Positions 36,687 to 45,040 are shown, counted from the first letter of the stretch. The stretch is DNA of 54,020 nt from a virus (IMGVR_UViG_3300045410_000054:1-54020); one strand, 5' to 3'. Notes: generated from the sequence alone by a model not told the origin. Made by a program: numbers and translations.

Positions 36687-38870
36687 GTGTCCGGTGAGCG
36701 GGTGGTCCGAACAGTTGAGCTGTTCTACTCCGGCCAGTGGAACGACATCAGCCTGGACGCGCTGGATCGGAACCCGGTCACGATCACCCGCGGCATTGCC
36801 AACGAGGGCGGTTCGGCCGACGCCGGCTCGCTCGGACTGAGCCTGCGGAACGGGGTGAGCAAGGTCAACCCGGCGGTGGCCAACCGGTACGCCACCCGTA
36901 ACCCGTTGTCCGACCTGTTCGGGCTGATCGGTCCGAACACGCCGGTGCGGCTGTCGGCCGGGCTGGTCGGGGACACGCCGACGGTTCGGACGGTGCAGGA
37001 GGTGGTGTCCTGGCCGCCGCGGTGGGACGTGTCCGAGCGTGACCGGTGGGTGCCGCTGCAGGCCGCTGGGGTGCTGCGCCGGCTGGGGGTGGCAAGCTCG
37101 CCGCTTGCCGACTCGATTGCCCGGCTTGCCCGGCTCCACGGTGCGGCGGCGTACTGGCCGCTGGACGATGCGCCGCAGTCCAGATCCGCCCGAGGTCTCT
37201 ACGGTGGCAGGACCATGCGGTCCCAGTCCAACACGGCCGCGCCATCATACGGAGCGGGGACGCTGGCGCCGTGGCTGCCGCCAGCGGCACAGACCAACGG
37301 GCCATCGACGGCGTTCATGCGCGGGTCGGTGGCCCTCAGTGTCACGGGCGGGTGGGTGCTTGACCTGGCGTATCGGATCGCGGACCCGGCGACGTGGGCG
37401 GGTGACACGCCCCAGCAGTTCTTCGCGTCGGTGGAGGTTGGGGACGGAATCTTCTTCGACCTAGGCATCGACACGGCCACCGCTGAGATCATGGGCAGCG
37501 TCGGCGGGACCACCAACACCGCGCCGCTGGGTAGCATCCAGGACGGGCTGATGCATCACGTCCGCATGGCCGGCGTTGAGGCCGCGGGCAACGACGCCAC
37601 CCTGACCATAGCTGTCGATGGGGCTCAGGTTGTCAGCGTAACCGCCAGCATCGGCCAGGCTACGATCCCGGAGGTCGGCCTGGTCGAGATCGTGTGGGCG
37701 GCCGGCGAGGTGACGGGGGAAGGGTTAGTCCCGGTCGACTTCGGCCAGTTCGTCCTTTGGGCGACCACGGACGCGCCTACCCTGGCGGAGGCTCACGCCG
37801 CCTACATGGGTCACGTGGGTGAGCCCGCGGGCCGGCGGGTCGAGCGGCTGTGCGATGAGGAGGGTGTCAGCTTCGCCAGCACCGGGGACCTGGACCTTAC
37901 CGCGATGATGGGTCCGCAGCGTCCGGGTGAGTTCCTGGGCGTGCTGGGCGAGTGCGCCAAGGTCGAAGCGGCCGGGTCGCGCGCGCCGATCCTGGTGGAG
38001 CAGCGGACCGTGCTCGGGCTGCACTTCAACGCACTCACATCCCTCTACCTACCACGCGACGCGGACCTGACGCTGGACTGGGCCGAGGCTCACATCAGCC
38101 CGCCGTTCGACCCGACCCCGGACGATTTCGGGTTGGCGAATGACGTGACCGCCGGCCGGCCGGACGGTGGGGAGCACCGGACGGTCATCACCACCGGGCG
38201 GCGGGGGATCGACGCTGCCGGGCGGGTGGCGAAGCAGGAGCTTTTCGAGGTGGCGTCCGACGTGCAGCTGGCCTCCGTGTCCGGCTGGTGGGCATGGCAC
38301 GGCACGCACGATGAGGACCGGTACCCGACCATCCGGATCAACATGCGCTCGCTGTCGCTGCGGGCGGACGGGGCGGCGCTGGTCGCCGCCGTCCAGGCAC
38401 TGACCGAGGGCGCGCTGATCGCCATCACCAACCCGCCGGCCGGCATGCCCGCCGAGGACATAGAGCAGGTGGTGCTCGGCATCACCGAGACGATCACCGT
38501 GGATGAGTGGCTGGTGGATCTGCACACCACCGCCGCCCGCCCGTTCCTGGTCGCCGTCATCGGCGACCAGACCTACGGCATCACCGGCTCGGACTCGACC
38601 ACGCTGAACGAAGCGCTGGACACCACCGAAACTGGCGTCGACATCCACTGCGGCGGCGGCGCGGACTGGGTGCGCGAGGGCGTCGACTACGACATTCAGG
38701 TGTTGGGCGAGCGGATGACGGTGACCGCTGTCGGCTCCGCCTCGGGCACCTTCCCGAACCGGACCCAGACCCTGACCGTGACCCGCAGCGTCAACGGGAT
38801 CGTCAAGGCTCACGCCTCCGGCGCGCCGGTGGAGATGTGGCACCAGACCGTGATCGGACCCTGGGGGTAG
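36687..38870 (+). CDS. minor tail/baseplate protein with LamG-like domain
   Basis: ITRG..NEG, AYWPLDD, TVTRSVNGIVKAH. Confidence 0.8.
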   Translation: MSGERVVRTVELFYSGQWNDISLDALDRNPVTITRGIANEGGSADAGSLGLSLRNGVSKVNPAVANRYATRNPLSDLFGLIGPNTPVRLSAGLVGDTPTVRTVQEVVSWPPRWDVSERDRWVPLQAAGVLRRLGVASSPLADSIARLARLHGAAAYWPLDDAPQSRSARGLYGGRTMRSQSNTAAPSYGAGTLAPWLPPAAQTNGPSTAFMRGSVALSVTGGWVLDLAYRIADPATWAGDTPQQFFASVEVGDGIFFDLGIDTATAEIMGSVGGTTNTAPLGSIQDGLMHHVRMAGVEAAGNDATLTIAVDGAQVVSVTASIGQATIPEVGLVEIVWAAGEVTGEGLVPVDFGQFVLWATTDAPTLAEAHAAYMGHVGEPAGRRVERLCDEEGVSFASTGDLDLTAMMGPQRPGEFLGVLGECAKVEAAGSRAPILVEQRTVLGLHFNALTSLYLPRDADLTLDWAEAHISPPFDPTPDDFGLANDVTAGRPDGGEHRTVITTGRRGIDAAGRVAKQELFEVASDVQLASVSGWWAWHGTHDEDRYPTIRINMRSLSLRADGAALVAAVQALTEGALIAITNPPAGMPAEDIEQVVLGITETITVDEWLVDLHTTAARPFLVAVIGDQTYGITGSDSTTLNEALDTTETGVDIHCGGGADWVREGVDYDIQVLGERMTVTAVGSASGTFPNRTQTLTVTRSVNGIVKAHASGAPVEMWHQTVIGPWG

Positions 38871-38874
38871 CGGC

Positions 38875-39315
38875 ATGGCCGGCACGCTCTATGTGGACGG
38901 GCGCATCCCCGGGGAGATGATCGGCGACCCGACGATTGTCACCTCGGACAGCTCGTCGTTCACCACCGAAGTCGTCGTGATGACGCTGGCGGACCGGCCT
39001 CTGGTGGCCGGGCGTACCTACCAGGTGTGGTGCATGGCCCGGTGGGGCTCGTCGGTGTCCACCGACCAGATCGTTTGCCGGCTCAAACCGACCGACGTGT
39101 CCGGGACCACGATGCAGCTCGGTCAGCAGATCGGCAGCGGCAACTCGTCGTTCGGGTACGGCCCGCTGCCGCTGATGGCGTTCTGGACCGCCATCACCAC
39201 CGGCAACCAGACGTTTGTGGTCACGGCGGAGCGCAACGGCGGGACCGGCTCTTGCCGGCTGGATGCGGCCGCGTTGACGCCGGCGCTGATGTGGTGCCAG
39301 TACGCCTACGGATGA
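38875..39315 (+). CDS. small tail-associated beta-rich protein
   Basis: Position after the minor tail gene. Confidence 0.6.
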   Translation: MAGTLYVDGRIPGEMIGDPTIVTSDSSSFTTEVVVMTLADRPLVAGRTYQVWCMARWGSSVSTDQIVCRLKPTDVSGTTMQLGQQIGSGNSSFGYGPLPLMAFWTAITTGNQTFVVTAERNGGTGSCRLDAAALTPALMWCQYAYG

Positions 39316-39328
39316 TGGGGGTGAGCTG

Positions 39329-40372
39329 ATGCGTGCTCTGTGGCTGGTCGACGCGCTGACCGACGCCGGTCTCCAGGTGGTGCCGCACATCGGCTGGCAG
39401 ACCCGCGGATGGGAGCCGTGGGCGCCCCAGTACGGGATCGTCCACGCCACCGCCGCACCAGCCACCCAGGCCGATGAGGACCAGGTGCGGATCGTCCGCG
39501 ACGGCCACTCCACCCTGGCCGGGCCGATCGCCAACTGCTGCGTCGACCGGACGGGCCGGTGGCATGTGCTCGCGTCGGGCCGGTGCAACACCGCCCTGAC
39601 CGGCTGGGCCGGCCCCGCACAGGGGCTCGGCAACACGAACCTGCTCGGGGTGGAAGCCAACAACGACAACCGGGCCGAGCCGTGGCCGGCTGTGCAGTAC
39701 GAGGCGTACGCCCGCGGCTGGGCTGCGATCTGCACCCGGCTCGGCTGGCCGGCCAGGAAGCTGGTCGGGCACAAGGAGCACCAGCCCGGAGACAAGAGCG
39801 ACCCGACATTCGCGATGGACGCCTTCCGTCACCGGGTCACGCAGCTACTCGAGGGAGACGACATGTGGACTGAGAGCCTGAACCGCGACGGCAGCGGGCC
39901 GCAGATCACCGCCCTGGCCGATGACACGATGCCGGACAACTGGTCGCGGGTCGCCGCCGGGCTGCTCGGCTACGCGGCGATGGCCGCGTCCCCGGCCGGC
40001 CGGTCGCGGGCCGCGGCCGACGTGTGGCAGCGGGAGAACCCGACCGCCGGCGCCTCGTACGGGACGCTGGTGCGGCAGGTCCACGACGGCTCGGCGCCGG
40101 GTCAGCTCCGGGACCGGGAGCTGCTGGAGGCGGTGCTGGCTGCGGTCACCGGCGGCGACGCGCTGGCGGTGTTGGCCAGGATCGACCAGCACCACCTCGA
40201 GGTCAGCATCCGGCTGGCGGAGATGGACACGGCGCGGGAGGTGGCCGAGCGGGCCGCGGCGGCGGAGCGGGCGGAGCTGGCGGAGCTGGTGCGGCAGGCC
40301 ACCAGCGGCGAGCGGGACGCGGCCGCGGTGGTGGACGAGATCGCCCGGCGGCTGGCCCCGGTCCCGGGCTGA
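39329..40372 (+). CDS. endolysin, N-acetylmuramoyl-L-alanine amidase
   Basis: GWQTRG, IVHATA, GVEA, GHKEH...KSDP. Confidence 0.88.
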   Translation: MRALWLVDALTDAGLQVVPHIGWQTRGWEPWAPQYGIVHATAAPATQADEDQVRIVRDGHSTLAGPIANCCVDRTGRWHVLASGRCNTALTGWAGPAQGLGNTNLLGVEANNDNRAEPWPAVQYEAYARGWAAICTRLGWPARKLVGHKEHQPGDKSDPTFAMDAFRHRVTQLLEGDDMWTESLNRDGSGPQITALADDTMPDNWSRVAAGLLGYAAMAASPAGRSRAAADVWQRENPTAGASYGTLVRQVHDGSAPGQLRDRELLEAVLAAVTGGDALAVLARIDQHHLEVSIRLAEMDTAREVAERAAAAERAELAELVRQATSGERDAAAVVDEIARRLAPVPG

Positions 40373-40375
40373 GCC

Positions 40376-40534
40376 ATGGAGTTGCAGGAGGGGTTGCACG
40401 CGGCGCTGTTGCTGATGGTCGGCGCGGTGGGGCTGCTGCTGGACGTGGTGCGCCGCCGGCTACGGCGGGTGGAGCGGCTGCTGCGCCGGCTCGCGCGGGT
40501 CGCCTCGGTCGAGGTGGATGAGGAGGAGTCATGA
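40376..40534 (+). CDS. small membrane protein (lysis cassette)
   Basis: MELQEGLHAALLLMVGAVGLLLDVVRRR..., one TM segment. Confidence 0.55.
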   Translation: MELQEGLHAALLLMVGAVGLLLDVVRRRLRRVERLLRRLARVASVEVDEEES

Positions 40535-40791
40535 GCGGACCCACGGGTACGCCGGTGCGGGAGCAGGTCAAGGCGATCACCGGCGGGGTGCTCGCCGGGC
40601 TGATCGCGCTGGGCACCGCACTGGCCGACGGTGCCGTGGCGCCGCTGGAGTGGGTGCTGGTCGCGACCGCGATGGTCGGCACCTACGGCGGGGTGTACGG
40701 CATCCCCCAGCCGGCGCCGCTGCCCGCGCTGACCGCGCACGAACTGCGCGGCATGGCGGACCGGGCGGCGCGTCAGGAGGCACAGCGGTGA
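40531..40791 (+). CDS. holin
   Basis: KAITGG..two TMs..GVYGIP; lies after the endolysin. Confidence 0.75.
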   Translation: MSGPTGTPVREQVKAITGGVLAGLIALGTALADGAVAPLEWVLVATAMVGTYGGVYGIPQPAPLPALTAHELRGMADRAARQEAQR

Positions 40792-41039
40792 GCGCGCCGG
40801 ATGACCGGCCGACCAGCTGGATCGAGATCGAGACGATCCGCGCCGTCGCGCCGTGGCGCGACCGGCACCGGCGGACCGACCCGGCGTGCCGACTCCACCG
40901 GCGCCCACGTGGCCGGCTGAGCCGGTGGTGGTTCGACCGGGGCCGGGGCCGTAGCTGCGGCCCGTGCCGTGCCGGTCGGCCGGTGTCGATGCCCGTGGCC
41001 CCACCGGCGCCCCGCCCGCGGCAGGATGCACAGCGGTGA
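40788..41039 (+). CDS. hypothetical protein
   Basis: GTGA-coupled; flanked by junction repeats. Confidence 0.45.
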   Translation: MSAPDDRPTSWIEIETIRAVAPWRDRHRRTDPACRLHRRPRGRLSRWWFDRGRGRSCGPCRAGRPVSMPVAPPAPRPRQDAQR

Positions 41040-41134
41040 GCGAGCCGGGGGAGCCTCGGGACTACTTCGGCCCCGGCCTACTGCTGATCGGCCTCGCGAG
41101 CCTCACGCTGATCATCCTGGTGTTGCTGGCGTGA
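41036..41134 (+). CDS. 32-aa membrane peptide
   Basis: MSEPGEPRDYFGPGLLLIGLASLTLIILVLLA. Confidence 0.45.
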   Translation: MSEPGEPRDYFGPGLLLIGLASLTLIILVLLA

Positions 41135-41236
41135 GCTGGTACACCTGGGCGGCGTGGCGTACAATGTAGATAGAAGTGGCCCCGGTGTGCAGGAACACCC
41201 GGAGCCTAGCGAAACACCTAGTTGGGAGGTGCTCGC

Positions 41237-41738
41237 ATGAGCGAGCGTAGCGCAAGATGGCCACCCTTGTGGGATCGCTTTTGGTCGCGCGTCGACGTTG
41301 AGGGGCCATGCTGGACATGGACCGGGCGCAAGACCAGCGGTGGATACGGTCAGATCGCCGTGGGTAAGTCCAACCTTCAAGCCCACCGTGTTGCATACGA
41401 AATGCTGATCGGCCTGATCCCTGACGGGGCTAGAACTGGATCATGTCTGCCGGAACCGAGCTTGTGTGAATCCAGATCACCTGGAGCCCGTTACGCACGC
41501 CGAGAACATGAGGCGTGCACCGTTCAGTGCACCTGACGCGAAACGCGCTAAGACGCATTGTCCACAAGGACATCCCTACGATGGCGACAACCTGGTCTTC
41601 AGTTCTCGTGCTGGACGAACGTGTCGAACGTGCCGGAACACCGGCGAAGCTCAGCGTCGTAACACGGCCAGCTACCGAGCACATCACCGCGAGTACATGC
41701 GCCAGTGGCGGGCAGGCAAGAAAGTGATCTCGAAATGA
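41237..41738 (+). pseudogene. free-standing HNH endonuclease split by a +1 frameshift
   Basis: RFWSRVD..CWTWTG..GYG..AHRVAYE..IPDG continues in another frame as [24 protein letters not shown]; extra G in GGGG at 41426-41429. Confidence 0.85.
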
Positions 41739-41989
41739 CCTTATACACCTGGGCGTGGATCGGCTTCGCCGCCTACTTCGCCACGGTGGAGGGCATCGCC
41801 ATCTACCGGTCACTGCGCTACCGCCGCCGGGGCGACTTCAGCGGCACGCTCAGCGCCCACCTGTGGCTGATCTTCGGCACGGCCAAGGGGACGAAAGCCA
41901 CGGTCGGCGCGTGGGTACGCCGGGCGGTGCTGGTGCTCGCGCTGGCCTGGCTCAGCGTGCACCTGCTGTTCGGGGGAGCCATCGTCTAG
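41735..41989 (+). CDS. membrane protein
   Basis: Two TM segments, GTLSAH motif. Confidence 0.65.
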   Translation: MTLYTWAWIGFAAYFATVEGIAIYRSLRYRRRGDFSGTLSAHLWLIFGTAKGTKATVGAWVRRAVLVLALAWLSVHLLFGGAIV

Positions 41990-42057
41990 GCGCCCAGCGG
42001 GTGAGCGGGCCAGATGAGCGGGCCGCGAGACAATAGGACCTGAACAGAGGAGACACC

Positions 42058-42273
42058 ATGCGAAAGCTGATCATCATCGCGGCGCTGGTCGCCGCTGGCG
42101 TCGGCGCCGGCGCCAGCCCGGCGCACGCCGACCCGATCACCTGCCCACCCGGGCAGGAGGCGACCGCGAACCCGTCCGACGGCGGGTGGACCTGCGTCAA
42201 CAAGGGCGGCAACACCAACGAGTCCGAGGACCCGAAGCCGCCGAACGCCGACAAGGGTGACTTCCGCCCCTGA
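42058..42273 (+). CDS. small secreted protein
   Basis: Sec signal MRKLIII...AHA|DP; two Cys. Confidence 0.7.
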   Translation: MRKLIIIAALVAAGVGAGASPAHADPITCPPGQEATANPSDGGWTCVNKGGNTNESEDPKPPNADKGDFRP

Positions 42274-42329
42274 CCGAAGGATGACATAACTCGGCTGCGC
42301 TGGCGGAGCGCGGCGGGTGGTGGGTGAGT

Positions 42330-42367
42330 GGGAGCCCTCCCGGACTTGGTGGCCCGGGAGGGCTCCC
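42330..42367. terminator. hairpin between convergent genes
   Basis: GGGAGCCCTCCCGG...CCGGGAGGGCTCCC. Confidence 0.75.
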
Positions 42368-42384
42368 CTCCGTCATGTCCGGGG

Positions 42385-42942
42385 TCAGAGCTCCGACACG
42401 TCGGTGATCTCCACATCCAGCTCCACGTCGGAGGCTGTGCTGACGGACTCCATCTCCTCCGTTGAGTACTGGTCGCCGGTCACGGTCAGCGTGTTGATGT
42501 ACGAACTCTCGCCACCGCTGATCTCGTAGGTCACCTCATATGTGATCGCCGGGTCGAGGTCGCCGCCGGTGTGGACGTAGGCCAGCTCGATCCGGAAGTC
42601 GATCAGGCAGCCGGCCGAGCCGAAGCACTCCTTCGACAGGGTCTTCACCGTCAGCTCGAAGTCCTCGGCGTCCGGCTCGTGGTACAGCGCGTCGGGTTCG
42701 TCGGCCGGCTCGCCGTCGCCGACCGGCTCGGCAGTCTCCGGCCGGATGTCGCGGCCGGGATCGTCCAAGTCGGTGCCGGCGACGCCGACCACAGCGAGGA
42801 TTCCGACGCCGATGCAGCACAGGGCAACCAGGGTGATGCTGATCGCGATCAGCCAGGTGGGGGCGGTGAGCTTGTGTTTGGGCGCCTTCACCGGTGGCTG
42901 GCCGTGGGTCGGCTGCGGGTCGGGCTGCGGCTGGTAGGTCAT
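42385..42942 (-). CDS. membrane-anchored acidic protein (superinfection-exclusion candidate)
   Basis: TM segment followed by extracellular KECFGSAGC domain. Confidence 0.7.
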   Translation of the reverse strand: MTYQPQPDPQPTHGQPPVKAPKHKLTAPTWLIAISITLVALCCIGVGILAVVGVAGTDLDDPGRDIRPETAEPVGDGEPADEPDALYHEPDAEDFELTVKTLSKECFGSAGCLIDFRIELAYVHTGGDLDPAITYEVTYEISGGESSYINTLTVTGDQYSTEEMESVSTASDVELDVEITDVSEL

Positions 42943-43024
42943 GGGATCCTGCTCTCTGGTCGGGTGGCGGGTCTGCTCCGCCACTCGGCCCCCGCCCGCC
43001 GGAGCGGGTGAGGACCGGGCAGCG

Positions 43025-43411
43025 TCAGGCCAGCGACTCTGGCCCGCCGGCCACGAACACGGCGCGGCCGTCGTCGTCGCGGTAGGCGCCGGTCTCGCCG
43101 GCGGCCAGGGACTGGGCGTGCTCAGCTGCGGTGGCCGGGCGGATCGCCTCGCCGGTGGTGTAGTCGGTCAGCGTGCCGTGGTCCTGCCATCCCGGGAAGT
43201 TCACGCTGGTACCGTGACGGCCTGCGTGCCCTGTGGTCAGAGCGCAAGTCTCGCCCGGTTCGTCCGGGTTGGCCGCGCCACACTCGCCGGACACGAACAC
43301 CGCGCTGATCGGGGTGCTGGCGGACTCGGGGCTGTGGGTCATGGTGGTCTCCTCAGTGTCGGTGGGGATGGTGACTCGGCGCTGCAGCGTCTCGGACCAG
43401 TACGTACGCAT
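43025..43411 (-). CDS. hypothetical protein
   Basis: ORF in the leftward operon. Confidence 0.55.
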   Translation of the reverse strand: MRTYWSETLQRRVTIPTDTEETTMTHSPESASTPISAVFVSGECGAANPDEPGETCALTTGHAGRHGTSVNFPGWQDHGTLTDYTTGEAIRPATAAEHAQSLAAGETGAYRDDDGRAVFVAGGPESLA

Positions 43412-43416
43412 CAAGA

Positions 43417-43662
43417 TCACCCTTCCTGGTTGTCGGTGGACACGGTCCAGTCGTCCAGCAGGTCACCCAGCAGCGCCCCGTGGACCTCCCGCGGGCCGAG
43501 CTGCTCACCCCACCCGTCACTGCGCTCGGCGATCAGCAGGTAGCCGCTGTCTGGGTGCTGGGAGTACCGGCGCCAGCCCAGCTCGGGCCTGCCGGGGTGG
43601 ACCATCAGGACCACCAGTCCGGCGTCAAGTCGGTCGCGAAGTTCCTCGGCGGTGATGTCCAT
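43417..43662 (-). CDS. hypothetical protein
   Basis: GAGAGG RBS. Confidence 0.6.
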   Translation of the reverse strand: MDITAEELRDRLDAGLVVLMVHPGRPELGWRRYSQHPDSGYLLIAERSDGWGEQLGPREVHGALLGDLLDDWTVSTDNQEG

Positions 43663-43768
43663 CAAGATCAACCTCTCGGTGGTGGTAGTGGGTGGTGGGT
43701 GGTGGGTGGTGGTGGTGGGTGTCAGTGTGGCCGACGGTGGGGCACCGGGCCCCGGAACCCCGCCCCGG

Positions 43769-43993
43769 TCAGCGCAGCTGGTCCTCGGTGACGTGGTAGC
43801 CGCTCCAGCCGCCGCCGACGCTCATGGTCCAGCGGGCCTTACGGCCCGACGCGTCCTCCTCCCAGGTCACAGCCTCGTCGGGGAACAGCTCGTCGCGGTA
43901 CTCGGCCCGCTCCCGGGCGGCTGCCTGCGCAGCCGGACGCTCCCGGTAGGCACCCAGGTAGCCGCTGTTGCAGAACAGGGTGTAGATGGTCAT
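43769..43993 (-). CDS. hypothetical protein
   Basis: First gene downstream of the structured leader; AGGA RBS. Confidence 0.65.
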   Translation of the reverse strand: MTIYTLFCNSGYLGAYRERPAAQAAARERAEYRDELFPDEAVTWEEDASGRKARWTMSVGGGWSGYHVTEDQLR

Positions 43994-44013
43994 AGCGTTC
44001 CTGTCCTCTCTCG

Positions 44014-44435
44014 GTCCTGCATCCACCGGCACAGCCAGCGACGCTGCACTTTCATCCGCGCGTTCCGCAAGCGGGGCGGGTATAGCGGCGACGACTAGCG
44101 GCCACGCCCAGACCGTGACCTTGCCGTGCCGCGCGGCTTCCCCCGGTTACCCGGGTCCGCTGGGCGCTGGCTGTGCTGGAGGCTGCAGGTCCCTGCGTCC
44201 TGCATCCTCCTAGCTGGCGCGGGTGTAGGGCTCTGATAGGGGGCGACTTCGGCCTATCCCCGGTTCCCGTGAGCCAGTCCGGGGAGCACATCGCCGCGTG
44301 ACGGGTCAGCCGCGCCAGCTAGGAGGCTGCAGGTCCTCCTTCCTTCTCCTCCCGGTTCCGGCTTCCGCTCCCCTTTCGGATCTTCGCGGCCCTGTGGTTT
44401 CTCCTGAGCTTCGGGCTTCTCTTTTCTCTTGTACC
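44014..44435 (-). ncRNA. candidate structured non-coding RNA/leader with two tandem long-stem units
   Basis: Stems 44016-44040/44165-44189 and 44199-44222/44310-44333 share terminal sequences; upstream promoter; no credible ORF. Confidence 0.6.
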
Positions 44436-44438
44436 TTA

Positions 44439-44523
44439 AGTATGCCAAGTCGGTTGGCAAAGTGCAAGTGAGTTGGCATCATCCGTTCGGGTGAATCCAC
44501 TTGGCCAAGTGGCTTGCTACACT
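44439..44523. promoter_or_regulatory. divergent promoters with TGCCAA/TTGGCA operators
   Basis: Minus TTGCAC-N17-CATACT; plus -10 TACACT 6 nt before ATG 44530; palindrome CCACTTGGCCAAGTGG 44497-44512. Confidence 0.7.
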
Positions 44524-44529
44524 GGGGAC

Positions 44530-44787
44530 ATGACCAAGCTCCCCGACCACTCCATCCAGCTGCTCCGCCGCCGACTGACCCGCGACGCCGACCGGTACAT
44601 CAAGGCGACCGCCGACCAGGCCCGCGCCCGGGAGACGCTGACCGAGTCGGTCAGGATGGCCGCCAAGGCGGGCGTGCGGCAGGTCGACATCCTCGCCGAC
44701 ATCAGAGGGGTGTGGACCCGCGAGCATGTCCGCCAGCTGAACCGGCCGAAGCCGGACGCCAACGATCTTGATCGGAGTGAGCCATGA
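44530..44787 (+). CDS. small HTH DNA-binding protein (leaderless)
   Basis: AGVRQVDIL...WTREHVRQL. Confidence 0.7.
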   Translation: MTKLPDHSIQLLRRRLTRDADRYIKATADQARARETLTESVRMAAKAGVRQVDILADIRGVWTREHVRQLNRPKPDANDLDRSEP

Positions 44788-45040
44788 CCACGCCGACCGC
44801 GCCCGAGGGGAGCGCCCGGTGATCAAGGTAGCGGGGGAGCTCGGCGGCCGGCCGTTCATGCTGCTCGGGCTGTCCGGCGAGAACGTGACCCGGCTGGCGG
44901 CCGGTGAGCCGATCGCGTTCGACGGGGACCAGCTCGGCTACGCCGGCAAGGTCGTCATCCTGTACGGGCGTACCGAGGCGGACATCAAGGCTCAGCTGCG
45001 GGAACACGGGCTGGTGCCGCCGGATGGGAGTGGGGGATGA
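44777..45040 (+). CDS. hypothetical protein
   Basis: LLGLSGENVTRL..GEPI. Confidence 0.6.
   Translation: MSHDHADRARGERPVIKVAGELGGRPFMLLGLSGENVTRLAAGEPIAFDGDQLGYAGKVVILYGRTEADIKAQLREHGLVPPDGSGG

Noticed and set aside
36687-39315. Diversity-generating retroelement acting on tail genes
   Set aside because: No reverse transcriptase and no template/variable repeat pair seen
43690-43719. G-quadruplex-capable GGGTGGT repeats
   Set aside because: Reads as an unstructured CA-rich leader before an RBS on the coding (minus) strand; common in GC-rich phages
44218-44317. tRNA-like ends on the + strand (GCGGGTGTAG ... CCGCGCCA)
   Set aside because: No TTC T-loop or proper T-stem, and the acceptor has a mismatch; better explained by the long stem
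44014-44336. CRISPR array
   Set aside because: Only two units, payloads of 87-124 nt, inverted rather than direct repeats at the unit ends, no cas genes
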